From Candidatus Omnitrophota bacterium (GTDB taxonomy: Bacteria; Omnitrophota; Gorgyraeia; Zapsychrales; Zapsychraceae), in assembly GCA_029261065.1 (NCBI GenBank), contig JAJDCB010000006.1, forward strand, positions 64,284-128,283: a stretch of 64,000 bases of DNA, read 5' to 3'. Within the stretch, counting starts at the first letter, position 1. Each line of letters opens with the position of its first letter. Under the pieces are notes generated by a model. That model was not told where the DNA came from and searched no databases. It saw nothing but the letters and a program-made list of their open reading frames with translations. Position numbers and translations under genes: made by a program. Positions 21,561 through 32,389 of this stretch are shown piece by piece.

Positions 21561-21591
21561 AAATTTATTTATAGCTAACACTCATTTTCCT

Positions 21592-22800
21592 TTACAAACT
21601 TAATTCAACACGTACACCAGCAACAATAGCATCTTCGAATCCCTTCACGGCCCCTGGGTTAAAAATGTATTGAATATCTGGTTGAATCCTAACCTTGTCA
21701 TTGATCTGTATGTTATACGTCGCTTCAATCGTTGTTTCAAAATCATCCCTTCCACCAGCATCAACAACATCCTTATTTATGACAGCGTGTGCTACAGCAA
21801 TACCCGCCTCATCTTCATCTCGTCCAGGAACTAAACCTCGATAGTTAAAACCACCACCAACGTAGATATTAACTTCGTTAACCCGTTTATCATTCATTCC
21901 AAACTGAACAAACCCACCAAGTCCTTGCTCTTCACTTTCTCTATATAGCTGTTTATCAATAATCAAATACCCTCCCATATTATTATTCCTTTCAATGGGA
22001 TCTCCACTTAGATTTAAATCAACAACGTCATTCACTTCTCCTGAATTGTTCCATAAACCCAACTTGATAAATCCGGGTAAGAATTGTTCATGAAAATAAA
22101 AAGCGAGTTCTGTTGCAATGAATGCCCCAGACGATCTGTCTAAATCCGAACGAGGAAAATGTTCGCTGATATCAGGATCACCGGGATCTCCATCATAAAC
22201 AGCAAATAATAACTCCCATTGCTCGTTTAATAGTGTTTTTAATCTAATTCCAGGAGCGGCTAATGGAAACACCGAAGGCCTTGCCCCTGCAGAAATATCA
22301 GGTTGAATACCGAAAGAACTATTAATATATAAACTTCCATATTCCGTAACATTAAATTCTGAATTGTAATCATGAAAACCTAACAAAATAGACAACTGAT
22401 CATCTAAGAAAAAATGTTGATACCACAACTCATAAATGCGAGATGTGCGTGGAGCTTCAATGTTGCTTATTGTTTGCAGATCTCCAACAATTTCGCCTGT
22501 CAGTTTCTCATCACCAGAATTATGAAGACCATAAATAAAAAATTGCCCGTTATCCCAAAGGCCAAGCTTTTCTGTATCTACGTCTAAAGTAATGTCTAAA
22601 TTTGTTAAATACGTATCACCTCGTTTTATGCCACCTTGTGTATTGGAAAAATAATCAACTGTGTAAACAGCTTCAAATGAAACGCCTTTATCTTGAAGTT
22701 CGTCCCTCAATGCTGCTGCATAAGCGTCACTTAAAACAAGAGCGCTTTGACAAATATATACAAAATAAAAATTAAATAAAAAGAATAGAAGTTTTTTCAT
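21592..22800 (-). CDS. carbohydrate-selective porin, OprB family
   Basis: SNIEA, YELWYQH, IQPDIQYIFNPG, terminal beta strand. Confidence 0.85.
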   Translation of the reverse strand: MKKLLFFLFNFYFVYICQSALVLSDAYAAALRDELQDKGVSFEAVYTVDYFSNTQGGIKRGDTYLTNLDITLDVDTEKLGLWDNGQFFIYGLHNSGDEKLTGEIVGDLQTISNIEAPRTSRIYELWYQHFFLDDQLSILLGFHDYNSEFNVTEYGSLYINSSFGIQPDISAGARPSVFPLAAPGIRLKTLLNEQWELLFAVYDGDPGDPDISEHFPRSDLDRSSGAFIATELAFYFHEQFLPGFIKLGLWNNSGEVNDVVDLNLSGDPIERNNNMGGYLIIDKQLYRESEEQGLGGFVQFGMNDKRVNEVNIYVGGGFNYRGLVPGRDEDEAGIAVAHAVINKDVVDAGGRDDFETTIEATYNIQINDKVRIQPDIQYIFNPGAVKGFEDAIVAGVRVELSL

Positions 22801-22834
22801 GACACATGCCTTTTTTATTATTTAGTTATGAGAC

Positions 22835-22864
22835 AGTGTATCATCCATAGACAAAAAATGTCAA
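22835..22864 (-). promoter_or_regulatory. sigma70 promoter of the porin gene
   Basis: TTGACA-18 bp-(TGA)TACACT. Confidence 0.55.
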
Positions 22865-23022
22865 GAAACTTTTTTTTCTTAAACAACATATTTTTAAAAA
22901 ACTTTTAATTTTCAAATAATTGTGATGTTGCGGGGGAGGGCGAGATGTATTTTGGATTATGGATGAAGAATCGTAACTTATTTTAACGAATACATTTACT
23001 TAATTCTGATAATAACAGCTTC

Positions 23023-25461
23023 TTAACCCGTTGCCTTCATTCCAAAAGCAATACCATTGACCGTTAATGCTAATAGGCGACGGGTCTCTTCACTTCTTTT
23101 CTCCGGTGGTTGTGAACGCCACTCTTTAAGGAGATTAACTTGCATATAATGTAAGGGATCAATATATGGATTTCTTAAACGGATCGAATTATCTAATCGA
23201 GGATACCTCACCAACAACTTATCATGTCCCGTTATCTTTTGAATATTCAAAACGGTTTTATCATGCTCTTCAGTAATGCGACCAAAAATATTGTTACGTA
23301 TATCCTTATCTTCAACCAAAGAGGCATAGCGGCTGGCAATGTATAAATCTGTTTTAGCCAAAGAGGCTTCAGCGTTGTCTAATAACATTGAAAAAAATGG
23401 CCAAGATTTATACATTTTCTTTAACTTGGTCAGATTACGATCTTCTTTAATAACCTTTTCTAATCCCGATCCGATACCATACCACGCTGAGAGTAAATGA
23501 CGTGATTGTGTCCAAGAAAAAACCCAAGAGATCGCTCTTAAGTTTTCCGTTTCACGCGAAGTATTACGACTTGCTGGACGCGAACCGATACGAAGTTCGG
23601 CAACCACATCTATAGGTGTTGCCGACCAAAGGTAAGTTTCAAAATCTTCAGTCTCATAAATTAAATTTCTGTAAGCGGCTTGTGACTTATCTGCCAAGGC
23701 ACCCATAACCTCTTCCCAACTCGCATCAACATTATCTTCCTCTTTAGCACGGCAAAAAGAATCAATCACACCTGTCGTTAATTGTTCAAGATTACGACGA
23801 GCAATATCCGCATGCGAATACTTTAAAGAAATAACCTCACCCTGCTCTGTGATACGAATGCGTGCACCATGGGCCGCATGCGGTTGGGCGATCAAACTAC
23901 GATAACTCATCCCTCCACCGCGATCTATTGTTCCCCCTTTACCATGAAAAAAACGTAACCCAATTTCATTTTTATCTGCAACATCTGATAACTTCTTTTG
24001 TGCCGAATAAAGATACCAATTAGCCGCCAAATAACCGCCGTCTTTACAAGAATCTGAATAACCTAACATGACTTCCTGAATATTCCCTCGCTGCTTAAGG
24101 TGCTTAACATAAACTTTGTCCTTAAGAAGGCTTTCTAATAAATCCGCACTACGATTAAGATCATCGATGGTTTCAAACAATGGAACAATGTCAACATCGG
24201 TTACTTTGGCCTGTTTTGCACAATCAAGCAGATCACAAACAACCTCTTTAGAATGCGTCATACTTAATATAAAACGATGAGCGGCTTGGTTACCGTACAT
24301 GGATTGGATCTTGCCAATCGTTTCAAATTCTTCAATGATTTCATGACGGCTATCTTCAAGCTTACCGGAATGATCACGAAAATCCAGATCAGCTAAGACC
24401 AACCCACATGTCTCTAACTGATAAATCAAATCTGTCAACCTGCCGTTTGCAGCACGAGTGGCCTTCTGATCCAAAAGCTCTTCTCGAATTTCTTTAAGTT
24501 CCTTTATAATATATTGTTGATCAATAAATCCGGGCTTTACTAACTGTAATAAATTGTAAATACGATCACGCACATGCTCCTCAGGATGATAATGTTTCTT
24601 ATCGGCAATTTTTTGTTGTTCCTTGTAAGATAAAGGTGTTGCATGAGTCAGTTCATTGACAAGCTCACTTAATTGTTTTTGAACTAAACGAATAGCCAAA
24701 CTATGCTGAAGCTTCATTGTTTCTAAACTCACCTGAGGCGTAACAAAAGGATTGCCGTCACGATCTCCGCCCACCCAACTACTCATTTTTAAGAAAGGTC
24801 TTTTCACGGATAAATTTGGATAAGATTTTTTTAATTCCCTCTCAAATAAACGCATGTAATCGACTAAGGCGTTATGAATTGTTTTATCAAAATAAAACAA
24901 ACAATTCTTAGCCTCTTCTAGGGGAGAAATACGATGGTATCTAATTTCGCGGGTTTGCCACAACGCTTCAAGAATTTCATCAGGATTTTCAATGGATTCC
25001 GACAAACGCATCAAATGACCTAAAGCTGTGCGTCTTTTACTTTCCGTAGGGTGGGCTGTAAGAACAGGTTCAATCTCCATTTGTTCTAAACATTGACGAA
25101 GCCGCTTCTCTGAAACATTATCTTCGCGCAATTTACGAAACAAAGAAGCTAATGATTGGCGCATATTGGGCTTCTCTCTAATAGCACGGCGTCGCGCCCT
25201 TTCTTCACACATATTGACTAGCTGAAAAAATAAACTAAAGGCATGAATAACACAATAGGCTGTTTTATGATCAAGCGATTCAATGAGCTGCTGCTTAACC
25301 TTAATGTCGCTAGGTTTATGTTTCGCACGCACCGCTTTAGCAACCTTACGAACAGCCTCAATCGCATCATAAACCGCATCCCCCTCCTGCTCGCGGATCA
25401 TTTTGCCTAAACGGGTTGTAATAAAACGAATTTCGGTATTTAAATCAGATTCGGTAGTCAT
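23023..25461 (-). CDS. ppc: phosphoenolpyruvate carboxylase (bacterial type, 812 aa)
   Basis: VLTAHPTE, WVGGDRDGNP, QEVMLGYSDS-KDGG, ITEQGE, LRNPYIDPL. Confidence 0.93.
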   Translation of the reverse strand: MTTESDLNTEIRFITTRLGKMIREQEGDAVYDAIEAVRKVAKAVRAKHKPSDIKVKQQLIESLDHKTAYCVIHAFSLFFQLVNMCEERARRRAIREKPNMRQSLASLFRKLREDNVSEKRLRQCLEQMEIEPVLTAHPTESKRRTALGHLMRLSESIENPDEILEALWQTREIRYHRISPLEEAKNCLFYFDKTIHNALVDYMRLFERELKKSYPNLSVKRPFLKMSSWVGGDRDGNPFVTPQVSLETMKLQHSLAIRLVQKQLSELVNELTHATPLSYKEQQKIADKKHYHPEEHVRDRIYNLLQLVKPGFIDQQYIIKELKEIREELLDQKATRAANGRLTDLIYQLETCGLVLADLDFRDHSGKLEDSRHEIIEEFETIGKIQSMYGNQAAHRFILSMTHSKEVVCDLLDCAKQAKVTDVDIVPLFETIDDLNRSADLLESLLKDKVYVKHLKQRGNIQEVMLGYSDSCKDGGYLAANWYLYSAQKKLSDVADKNEIGLRFFHGKGGTIDRGGGMSYRSLIAQPHAAHGARIRITEQGEVISLKYSHADIARRNLEQLTTGVIDSFCRAKEEDNVDASWEEVMGALADKSQAAYRNLIYETEDFETYLWSATPIDVVAELRIGSRPASRNTSRETENLRAISWVFSWTQSRHLLSAWYGIGSGLEKVIKEDRNLTKLKKMYKSWPFFSMLLDNAEASLAKTDLYIASRYASLVEDKDIRNNIFGRITEEHDKTVLNIQKITGHDKLLVRYPRLDNSIRLRNPYIDPLHYMQVNLLKEWRSQPPEKRSEETRRLLALTVNGIAFGMKATG

Positions 25462-25548
25462 TGGATATACATTCTAATTGCATGATTCGATAGAGTCAAA
25501 TGATACCACTTTTTGAAGGAAATAGGGAAGAAAAGAACGGGGCCGTTG

Positions 25549-25743
25549 TTAATGCTCATCATAAGGATTTGCCATCTTCTTAAGAACAATAGCAATAGTA
25601 TCCTCATCAATATCAGCACTTTGCATAAACTTACCAGCTTTTTGCGAATCCCCCGAATCAACTGCAGCCATAAATTCATCCACGGCATCAATACGGGCTA
25701 ACATTTCTAAAACAACGGTGCCTTCAAAATCGTTTTCGTTCAT
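25549..25743 (-). CDS. small hypothetical protein
   Basis: 64 aa from ATG 25743 with SD AAGGA; follows tolC. Confidence 0.55.
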   Translation of the reverse strand: MNENDFEGTVVLEMLARIDAVDEFMAAVDSGDSQKAGKFMQSADIDEDTIAIVLKKMANPYDEH

Positions 25744-25769
25744 TTTGAATCCTTTTATAAAAAGACAAG

Positions 25770-27191
25770 TCATTCATCCACCATGTCCCATTTTTTATCA
25801 ATTAGTCGATCTGTGATTCGTAGCCACTCAATTATAAATTTCTGATTTTGGACTTCATGGAGAACTTCATTAAAACGATTACTGTCTAAAACATTTACAG
25901 CTTGTATATAATCATTGATCGTAACTTTTCCGAAGGAATAATTTTCTGTTTCATCATCTAATACAAATCGTGCTAAACCTATTTTCTCTTCCGCTATTTT
26001 TCCCAACGCCTCTTCTCGATTGATTATTTGAAAAAGATTTTTTATATCCGTATACAATTTATAATGCGTATTAGACGTTGTTAACTTTTGCTTGTTTAAA
26101 GAAATTTTGGACGTTTCATACTCAGCGTGTTCTAACTGATCAGAAAATGGCCACTCCATAGAAATTCCGGCAAATATTAAATTATCTTCATCTCGTATTT
26201 CATGATCATCACCATCTACTTCATAACCAATAAGTAAATTAATAGATGGTAGTAAGTCATCGGCATTTTTATCGACCTCAAACGTGCTTTTATCTTCTAA
26301 TAATTTTAGAATATCATAAGTTCGACTTTTATTTTTAAAATTTTCAAAATCACTATCAAACGAAATCTCTAAGTCCTCATATATGATTGGCTTTTGTGGC
26401 ACTATTTCTTCATCCGCTGAATAACGTATAGTTTTCTTAATAAAGTTTAGCGCATTCTGATACTTTTCCTGCAGGCCAATTAAAGTTTCCTTTTTTGCCA
26501 GCACCTGTAAATTGATTTTGTTCACATCAATTGGTAAGGCTATGCTTGATTTTTGTCTTTCCTTTATATTGTCCATTAATTTTAAATTTTCCTCATAAGA
26601 AGATTCCCCAATTTTTAAATTTTCAAAAGCCTCATACCAATTAAAATACGCAACCATTACCGTCGCTAAATAATCCTCATAGGCTTCCACCACCTGGTGT
26701 TTAATCACGTCTATTTCAACACCAATGATCTTATCCCTTAAGCGTGTGGCTCTTCCAAAAGCATTTTCGGCAATAGGTTGTGATATATTAAATGTAAATT
26801 CTGAACTATTAACCGATGAAGTAAACGAAGGAACTGATTTATACCCTGTCGTTAATTCAGTTCCCGAATATGGAAACAACTTGGTTAAAGAAACTGTCGT
26901 TTCCGGCTCTTCTTTATCTTGACTTAAATATAAATCATATTGTGCTTTTACTTCCAAAACAATATCACGTGCCGGCAGATTTAAATCTTTTCGGTACTGC
27001 AAAGGCAATTTATCTATAAGAATACTTTCAAATTCAGTATCATTCTCGGTCGCCAGTTTAATAAACTCATCCATCGTAACAACTCGCCCATCTATTGATT
27101 TCTCGAGAGTATTATTTGACAACTGAGCTGCACTTACTGTAACAACCGATGCACATAGCGTTATAAATAAAATTATTCTTACTCTTTTCAC
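25770..27191 (-). CDS. TolC family outer membrane protein
   Basis: Signal peptide, NISQPI, LPSINL, SMEWPF, YSFGKVTINDYI; adjacent to RND gene. Confidence 0.75.
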   Translation of the reverse strand: MKRVRIILFITLCASVVTVSAAQLSNNTLEKSIDGRVVTMDEFIKLATENDTEFESILIDKLPLQYRKDLNLPARDIVLEVKAQYDLYLSQDKEEPETTVSLTKLFPYSGTELTTGYKSVPSFTSSVNSSEFTFNISQPIAENAFGRATRLRDKIIGVEIDVIKHQVVEAYEDYLATVMVAYFNWYEAFENLKIGESSYEENLKLMDNIKERQKSSIALPIDVNKINLQVLAKKETLIGLQEKYQNALNFIKKTIRYSADEEIVPQKPIIYEDLEISFDSDFENFKNKSRTYDILKLLEDKSTFEVDKNADDLLPSINLLIGYEVDGDDHEIRDEDNLIFAGISMEWPFSDQLEHAEYETSKISLNKQKLTTSNTHYKLYTDIKNLFQIINREEALGKIAEEKIGLARFVLDDETENYSFGKVTINDYIQAVNVLDSNRFNEVLHEVQNQKFIIEWLRITDRLIDKKWDMVDE

Positions 27192-27192
27192 T

Positions 27193-30100
27193 TTAATTAC
27201 CCTTATTAAATTTAAAATTCACGTCTTTCACTAAACCATAAATACACGGAATGAGCAACAATGTAATGGCCGTTCCAAATATAAGTCCCCAAGCCAAGGA
27301 CAACATCATTTCAGCAAGCATAGCATCATACCCTGCTAACCCATATGCCGTCGGCAACACACCAACAGCCGTCGTTATTGTTGTTAATATAACTGCACGC
27401 AGACGTGTTTCAGCAATCCTTGCTATTTGTCGGTTCGATTCTTCCTTACTCTTGCTACTATCAAACTCCTTATCCAACTTAACTAACATTATGATCGAAT
27501 CATTTATAACGACACCTGCAAGCCCCAAAGCACCAATAGCCGCATAAAATCCAAATAATAACTTACCATGCATTAAAAATGCAAACACTATACCTACACA
27601 CCCAAATGGAATGGCTAACATAATAATGAATGGTTTAAGAAGTGAATTAAACAAAAGCGTTAAAACAATAAAGATTAATATGATGACTAATATGATGGCA
27701 TGAATCAAATCACTTTTTGATTCTCGAGTATCTTGAACTTCTCCTCCAAATGATAGCGTCGTTGTAGGGTATTGAGATAACATCTTTGGAAATACTTTCT
27801 CCTCAAAGTGCGTTGCCACCTCCAATGGTGTCATCTTCGATTTTTCTGTCATATCCGCATCAATAAGTGTTGTTCGCTTTAAATCTCGCCGTGATATAGC
27901 ATTGGGGGATGTTACTTCTTTTACATGTACAACATCTCTCAAAGGCACTAAATAATTTCCTTTATTCTCAACTGGCAAGTCTAACACCTTTTCAATATTA
28001 TCTTTTGCCTCATCTATGGTCGTAAAACGCACTTGAACATCTTCATCGCCGTTGGAAAATTCATATAGAACCGTACCTTCAAGGGCCGCTCTAAAGGTCG
28101 ATGCAATATCGTTCGGATTAATCGACAATCTTTTTACTTTCTCGCGATCAATTGATATTTTGTACTCTGGAACACGAAGCCCTTCATCAACTTCAACATT
28201 ATCTAAAGAAGCATGCGATTGCATCGTTTTCACTAATTCCTTAACTATGGTATCTCTCAAACCATCATCATTTTGCTGAACAATCAATTCAATAGGACTT
28301 CCGGAATCTTGACCCCAACGTGATTTTTTAAACATAACCTTTTTAAAATCTTTCAATTCCTTTATAGGCTTTTCAAATTCCTTAATAAGCTGATCCGCAC
28401 TTTTTTTCCTCTTTTCTTTTGGAACAATTTCAATTAGCATGCGAAATTTATTTTCTTCAACCGCGCCGCCTCTTCGACTTCGCGCAATTGTTGTTCGATA
28501 TCCAACAACTTCTTTCCCTAAATATGGTTTAATTACATTTTCAATTTGTTTAGTCAATTTTGCTGTTTCAATTCGATCTGTTCCTGGCATAGTACTTCCC
28601 GAAAGAACGACATCTCTTGTCTCTTCATGAGGAAACAAAACAAATTTCATAAGTGTTGTGGACAATATTCCAGCTAGAATCAAAAATCCTAGAAAGGAAC
28701 ATAAAATTATTTTCTTTCTTGGCATTAATTTCTCAAGAAGATTTCCATAACTAGTCTCAACACTATCAAACCAATGCCCCCTATTATTTTTTTCATCTTT
28801 AGATTTAGGGCTTAAGAATCTGTCTAAAAAAGGTAATTTTAAATCCATATGTCCAGGAAGAATCAAAAGCGATTCTAAAAGACTTGCCCCCAACATTAAA
28901 AAAACAATCAAAGGTATATATTTAACAAAATTACCAAAGTGCCCTTTAAAGAAATATAATGGGATAAATGCAATACACGTCGTGACTATACTCGCTATAA
29001 TAGGCATCAACACAAAACTCGTCCCCTTAACAACCGCCTCATCATGACTCATTCCTGTGCGCTGCAATCGATTAATATTTTCTGCAACAACTATTGCATC
29101 ATCGACAATAATACCCATAACAATAATAATAGCCGCAAGTGTCATGCCATTTATTGTCTGACCTAAAATAGATGCAAACAACATAGTAAAACAAAAAGTA
29201 AATGGGATACCCATCGCTACCCACACACCGGAACGTTTATTAAGAAAAAGAAATAATGCGATTAGAATGAGAATAAATCCGATGGCTCCATTTATGCTAA
29301 TAATACTAATACGGTTTCTGATATCGATTGATTCATCATCAAGAAGAACAGCTTTAATAGGCGTGCCTTTAATATTGTTTTCTCTGTATTGCTCAACAAC
29401 TTTTGTCACTGCATCCAACGATTCTAAAATACCTGCGGAACTATTTTTAACCACACTAAACATTACTGCTTCATGACCGTTAACTTTGTTAATCTGTTTA
29501 TTTTTTTCATACCCCTCGATCACATTTGCTACTTCATTTAATCTAATAACCCGTCCTTCAAAACCTCCTTGAATAATCAGATTATTTAATTTGTCAGCAG
29601 AATCTAATTCGGATAAAAGCGTCACCTTCGGTTCATTCTTTGTTTCGATTGTTCCCGCTGGTTTTCGCACATGATTATCTTTAATTTCTTTCATAACCGT
29701 ATTAAACGGCAGTTCGTAATTTAGTAATTTCTTTGGATAGGTTTTAATCTGAATTTCTTCTTGGAGATAACCACGTTTATTTACACTATTAACTTCGGAG
29801 AGATTTAGAAGTTGGTTCTCAAGAGCATAGGCATATTTCTGAAGATTACGTCTTTTTTTAACATCCAATAAATGGGTACTACTATCATAAATGGCAATAT
29901 CCAATATTGCTTTTTTGGAGGATTTAAAAACACGAACGTTGGGATCATCAATGACTTCGGTGGGAAGTTGCACATCTAAAACAGCATTGCGTATTTCCGC
30001 TATCGCCTCATCGACATTGGGATAATTTTGCTCTAATTCAACATTAACATTGGACTGGCCAACACTTGATGTGCTTGTAACTCGATAGACGCCGTCAAGC

Positions 30101-30321
30101 CCACGGACCTCTTCTTCAATCGGTTTGGTAACAAAATATTCAACATCCTCTGCAGGAGCGCCAGCATAGCGAACAGAAATTCGCACATTATCAAAAGTAA
30201 TATCCGGCCATTCTTCTTTTTTGGTCGTATTCCAAGAGAATATGCCGCCAATAAAAACAACCACCATAATCATATTGGTGAGCAAATGGCGTTTCGAAAA
30301 ATAAGCTATTAATTTTTCCAT
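27193..30321 (-). CDS. RND transporter permease (AcrB-like)
   Basis: GIIVDDAIVVAENI, GVVINDSIIM, RLRAVILTTITT. Confidence 0.9.
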   Translation of the reverse strand: MEKLIAYFSKRHLLTNMIMVVVFIGGIFSWNTTKKEEWPDITFDNVRISVRYAGAPAEDVEYFVTKPIEEEVRGLDGVYRVTSTSSVGQSNVNVELEQNYPNVDEAIAEIRNAVLDVQLPTEVIDDPNVRVFKSSKKAILDIAIYDSSTHLLDVKKRRNLQKYAYALENQLLNLSEVNSVNKRGYLQEEIQIKTYPKKLLNYELPFNTVMKEIKDNHVRKPAGTIETKNEPKVTLLSELDSADKLNNLIIQGGFEGRVIRLNEVANVIEGYEKNKQINKVNGHEAVMFSVVKNSSAGILESLDAVTKVVEQYRENNIKGTPIKAVLLDDESIDIRNRISIISINGAIGFILILIALFLFLNKRSGVWVAMGIPFTFCFTMLFASILGQTINGMTLAAIIIVMGIIVDDAIVVAENINRLQRTGMSHDEAVVKGTSFVLMPIIASIVTTCIAFIPLYFFKGHFGNFVKYIPLIVFLMLGASLLESLLILPGHMDLKLPFLDRFLSPKSKDEKNNRGHWFDSVETSYGNLLEKLMPRKKIILCSFLGFLILAGILSTTLMKFVLFPHEETRDVVLSGSTMPGTDRIETAKLTKQIENVIKPYLGKEVVGYRTTIARSRRGGAVEENKFRMLIEIVPKEKRKKSADQLIKEFEKPIKELKDFKKVMFKKSRWGQDSGSPIELIVQQNDDGLRDTIVKELVKTMQSHASLDNVEVDEGLRVPEYKISIDREKVKRLSINPNDIASTFRAALEGTVLYEFSNGDEDVQVRFTTIDEAKDNIEKVLDLPVENKGNYLVPLRDVVHVKEVTSPNAISRRDLKRTTLIDADMTEKSKMTPLEVATHFEEKVFPKMLSQYPTTTLSFGGEVQDTRESKSDLIHAIILVIILIFIVLTLLFNSLLKPFIIMLAIPFGCVGIVFAFLMHGKLLFGFYAAIGALGLAGVVINDSIIMLVKLDKEFDSSKSKEESNRQIARIAETRLRAVILTTITTAVGVLPTAYGLAGYDAMLAEMMLSLAWGLIFGTAITLLLIPCIYGLVKDVNFKFNKGN

Positions 30322-30347
30322 AAAATGACATTAACGGTTAACAAAAG

Positions 30348-30381
30348 TTATATGAGTCATTATATATGACTACTCATATAA
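30348..30381. promoter_or_regulatory. inverted repeat upstream of RND gene (candidate operator)
   Basis: TTATATGAGT-14 bp-ACTCATATAA perfect arms; TATATGACTA repeated at 30363 and 30457. Confidence 0.5.
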
Positions 30382-30435
30382 ATAGAAATATTATCCAAAA
30401 TACAAAAGTTCCTTAGATTCTGAATAATTTTTCCA

Positions 30436-30451
30436 ACCTTCAGGTTATGAG
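30436..30451 (-). repeat. fragment of initiator tRNA-Met anticodon arm (att-like scar)
   Basis: Minus strand CTCATAACCTGAAGGT. Confidence 0.65.
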
Positions 30452-30524
30452 GACGTTATATGACTATGCTTATATTTTCTTGTTTTTATTAATGTTATCT
30501 ACTGGTAGGCTTTACAAAAAATTG

Positions 30525-30588
30525 ATTTGCTGATATTTACTGCTTTTTGACTGTTAGCAGGCTTGTTTTGTTACACATAAGTTATCAC
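30525..30588. repeat. 64-bp boundary motif, copy 1
   Basis: Three 10-bp units (atttgctgat atttactgct ttttgactgt) then tagcaggcttgttttgttacacataagttatcac; 51/64 identical to 37299-37362, ungapped. Confidence 0.8.
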
Positions 30589-30607
30589 TTTAAAATAACC
30601 CTTATGA

Positions 30608-31663
30608 TTATAACCGAATCCAATCTTTAATCTGAGGATGTTGAAAAATCATAGACTTTTGAACGGTTAGTTCCTGCCCACAACCATTCTCTTTAGCGCG
30701 ACGATACATGGCAATAGCAATAGCAACATCAACATAGGCCAAGCCAACAGCATTAAAATACACTTTTTCATCATCATTTTCACGACCCTTTTTCTCACCC
30801 TTTACAATATCTGTTAAATCTGCATAAATATCGTTATCTGTTAACTCACCATCTTTATACATCCGGCTTAACGTTTGCGTACGATGTTTAACTGTTCCCC
30901 AATCATCACACACAATTTTATCCATACCCTTAGCAACAGCATATTCATCTTCCCAACCACCAACATGACTATAAAAAGCACCAGGCTTAATCCATTGTGC
31001 TTTTAGTAATGGCGCTTGCACACTTGTAGCCGTAACAATAATATCTGCGCCATCTATTGATCGCTCTAAATTTGTTTTTGCTTCAATGAATGTAATATCT
31101 TTAAAAATAGGTTTCATCTCACTAATAAATTGCGCCTCCTCCACGTCTTCTTTTGCTGCAACTCGACACTCTTTTAAACTTGGCATAATAGTTTTCATAG
31201 CAATTAAATGCATTTTTGCCTGTTCACCAGCGCCGATAAATCCAATCGATTCAGCATCTTTCTTTGCTAAATGTTTGGCAGCCAAAGCCCCCATAGCCCC
31301 CACGCGCATATTTGAACACAATGTTCCTTCCATAAAAGCAATCGGAAATCCTTTTTCAATTTCAGAAAGAATAAGAACAGCTGATAAATTCTGCACACCA
31401 AACTTTACTGGATTAGGCGGAAAGACTGAAACCCATTTCATGCCGCAAATTTTATCTTTTAAAAATGTTGCTGGTAAACAATTAATACGTTCTTGAGTAT
31501 CTTCATTAAAAATCTGAACAATTTTCTCAGGAAACAATACTTCATTCTGACTAAAACTTACCAAAGCATTTTCAGCAGCTTCAATAGCCATCTTTAAATC
31601 TAAACACCCAGATTCTAATAAATCTTCTTGTGAAAAATATTTAGCCGTTATTTCATGTTTCAT
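30608..31663 (-). CDS. ornithine cyclodeaminase/mu-crystallin family protein
   Basis: RINCLPA, GMKWVSVFPPNP, MRVGA, GFIGAGEQA, FNAVGLAYVD. Confidence 0.88.
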   Translation of the reverse strand: MKHEITAKYFSQEDLLESGCLDLKMAIEAAENALVSFSQNEVLFPEKIVQIFNEDTQERINCLPATFLKDKICGMKWVSVFPPNPVKFGVQNLSAVLILSEIEKGFPIAFMEGTLCSNMRVGAMGALAAKHLAKKDAESIGFIGAGEQAKMHLIAMKTIMPSLKECRVAAKEDVEEAQFISEMKPIFKDITFIEAKTNLERSIDGADIIVTATSVQAPLLKAQWIKPGAFYSHVGGWEDEYAVAKGMDKIVCDDWGTVKHRTQTLSRMYKDGELTDNDIYADLTDIVKGEKKGRENDDEKVYFNAVGLAYVDVAIAIAMYRRAKENGCGQELTVQKSMIFQHPQIKDWIRL

Positions 31664-31710
31664 ATCATTTTCCTTTTAACATAATTTTAAAGTACATTTG
31701 AAAGTTAATG

Positions 31711-32121
31711 TCAAATATGCTGCCGCTGCTCTAAAATAACAGAAATAGCATGACAAGCATCGACAGCTGTAAAAATACCTACCAATTTTTTATTTTGAAT
31801 AATAATTGCGCACCCATAATGATGCGCGGCCATTTCTTTAGCCACGTCAGACAAATGTGCATCTGGTTCAACGATATAAGGATTCTGATGATAAATATCA
31901 CTAACATGCATTTGTGATACATCTACATCCTTTAATGAACACGCTGTTTTAATATCATGATCACTTAAAACACCAGTAATTTCTCCATCACGCGTAACGG
32001 GTAGATGTCTAATTTCCAATTCTGACATTTTTGATTGGGCTTGAGCAATTGTTGACGTTTCTTCAATCGATACAGGTAAAGTTGTCATAAATTTTTGTAC
32101 CATTGGATTTTCTTTCGACAT
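31711..32121 (-). CDS. CBS-domain protein (start probably 32121)
   Basis: Tandem CBS: IRHLPVTRDGEITGVLS and LVGIFTAVD; SD GGAG. Confidence 0.85.
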   Translation of the reverse strand: MSKENPMVQKFMTTLPVSIEETSTIAQAQSKMSELEIRHLPVTRDGEITGVLSDHDIKTACSLKDVDVSQMHVSDIYHQNPYIVEPDAHLSDVAKEMAAHHYGCAIIIQNKKLVGIFTAVDACHAISVILEQRQHI

Positions 32122-32278
32122 AAAATCTCCATTTATCAAAAATTATTATTAAGAGAATACTATAGTATATAAAATTAAACTATCAAAAGTATAGAAATCT
32201 GTCAACTCACTTATAATTTCATGAACATTATCATACTATTATTACGCCTCGAAGCCCTTTAGCTAAATCATACTTAAT

Positions 32279-32298
32279 GACCTTCGGGTTCTGAACCC
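32279..32298 (-). repeat. fragment of initiator tRNA-Met anticodon arm (att-like scar)
   Basis: Minus strand GGGTTCAGAACCCGAAGGTC, 18/20 to E. coli-type GGGCTCATAACCCGAAGGTC. Confidence 0.6.
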
Positions 32299-32389
32299 AC
32301 AGGACTTTTTTTGACCTGTTCATTTGTTAATAATTTACGATATGAGAGGTGTCATGATGTGCTAAATCAGTACCAATTTGATTGGTTAT

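Noticed and set aside
25458-25691. 77-aa minus-strand alternative ORF
   Set aside because: Overlaps the better-supported 25549-25743 frame, which has an SD.
30570-30597. dif/pdif site inside the 64-bp motif
   Set aside because: The left part resembles the XerC arm (8/11), but no XerD arm TTATGTTAAAT follows in any copy.
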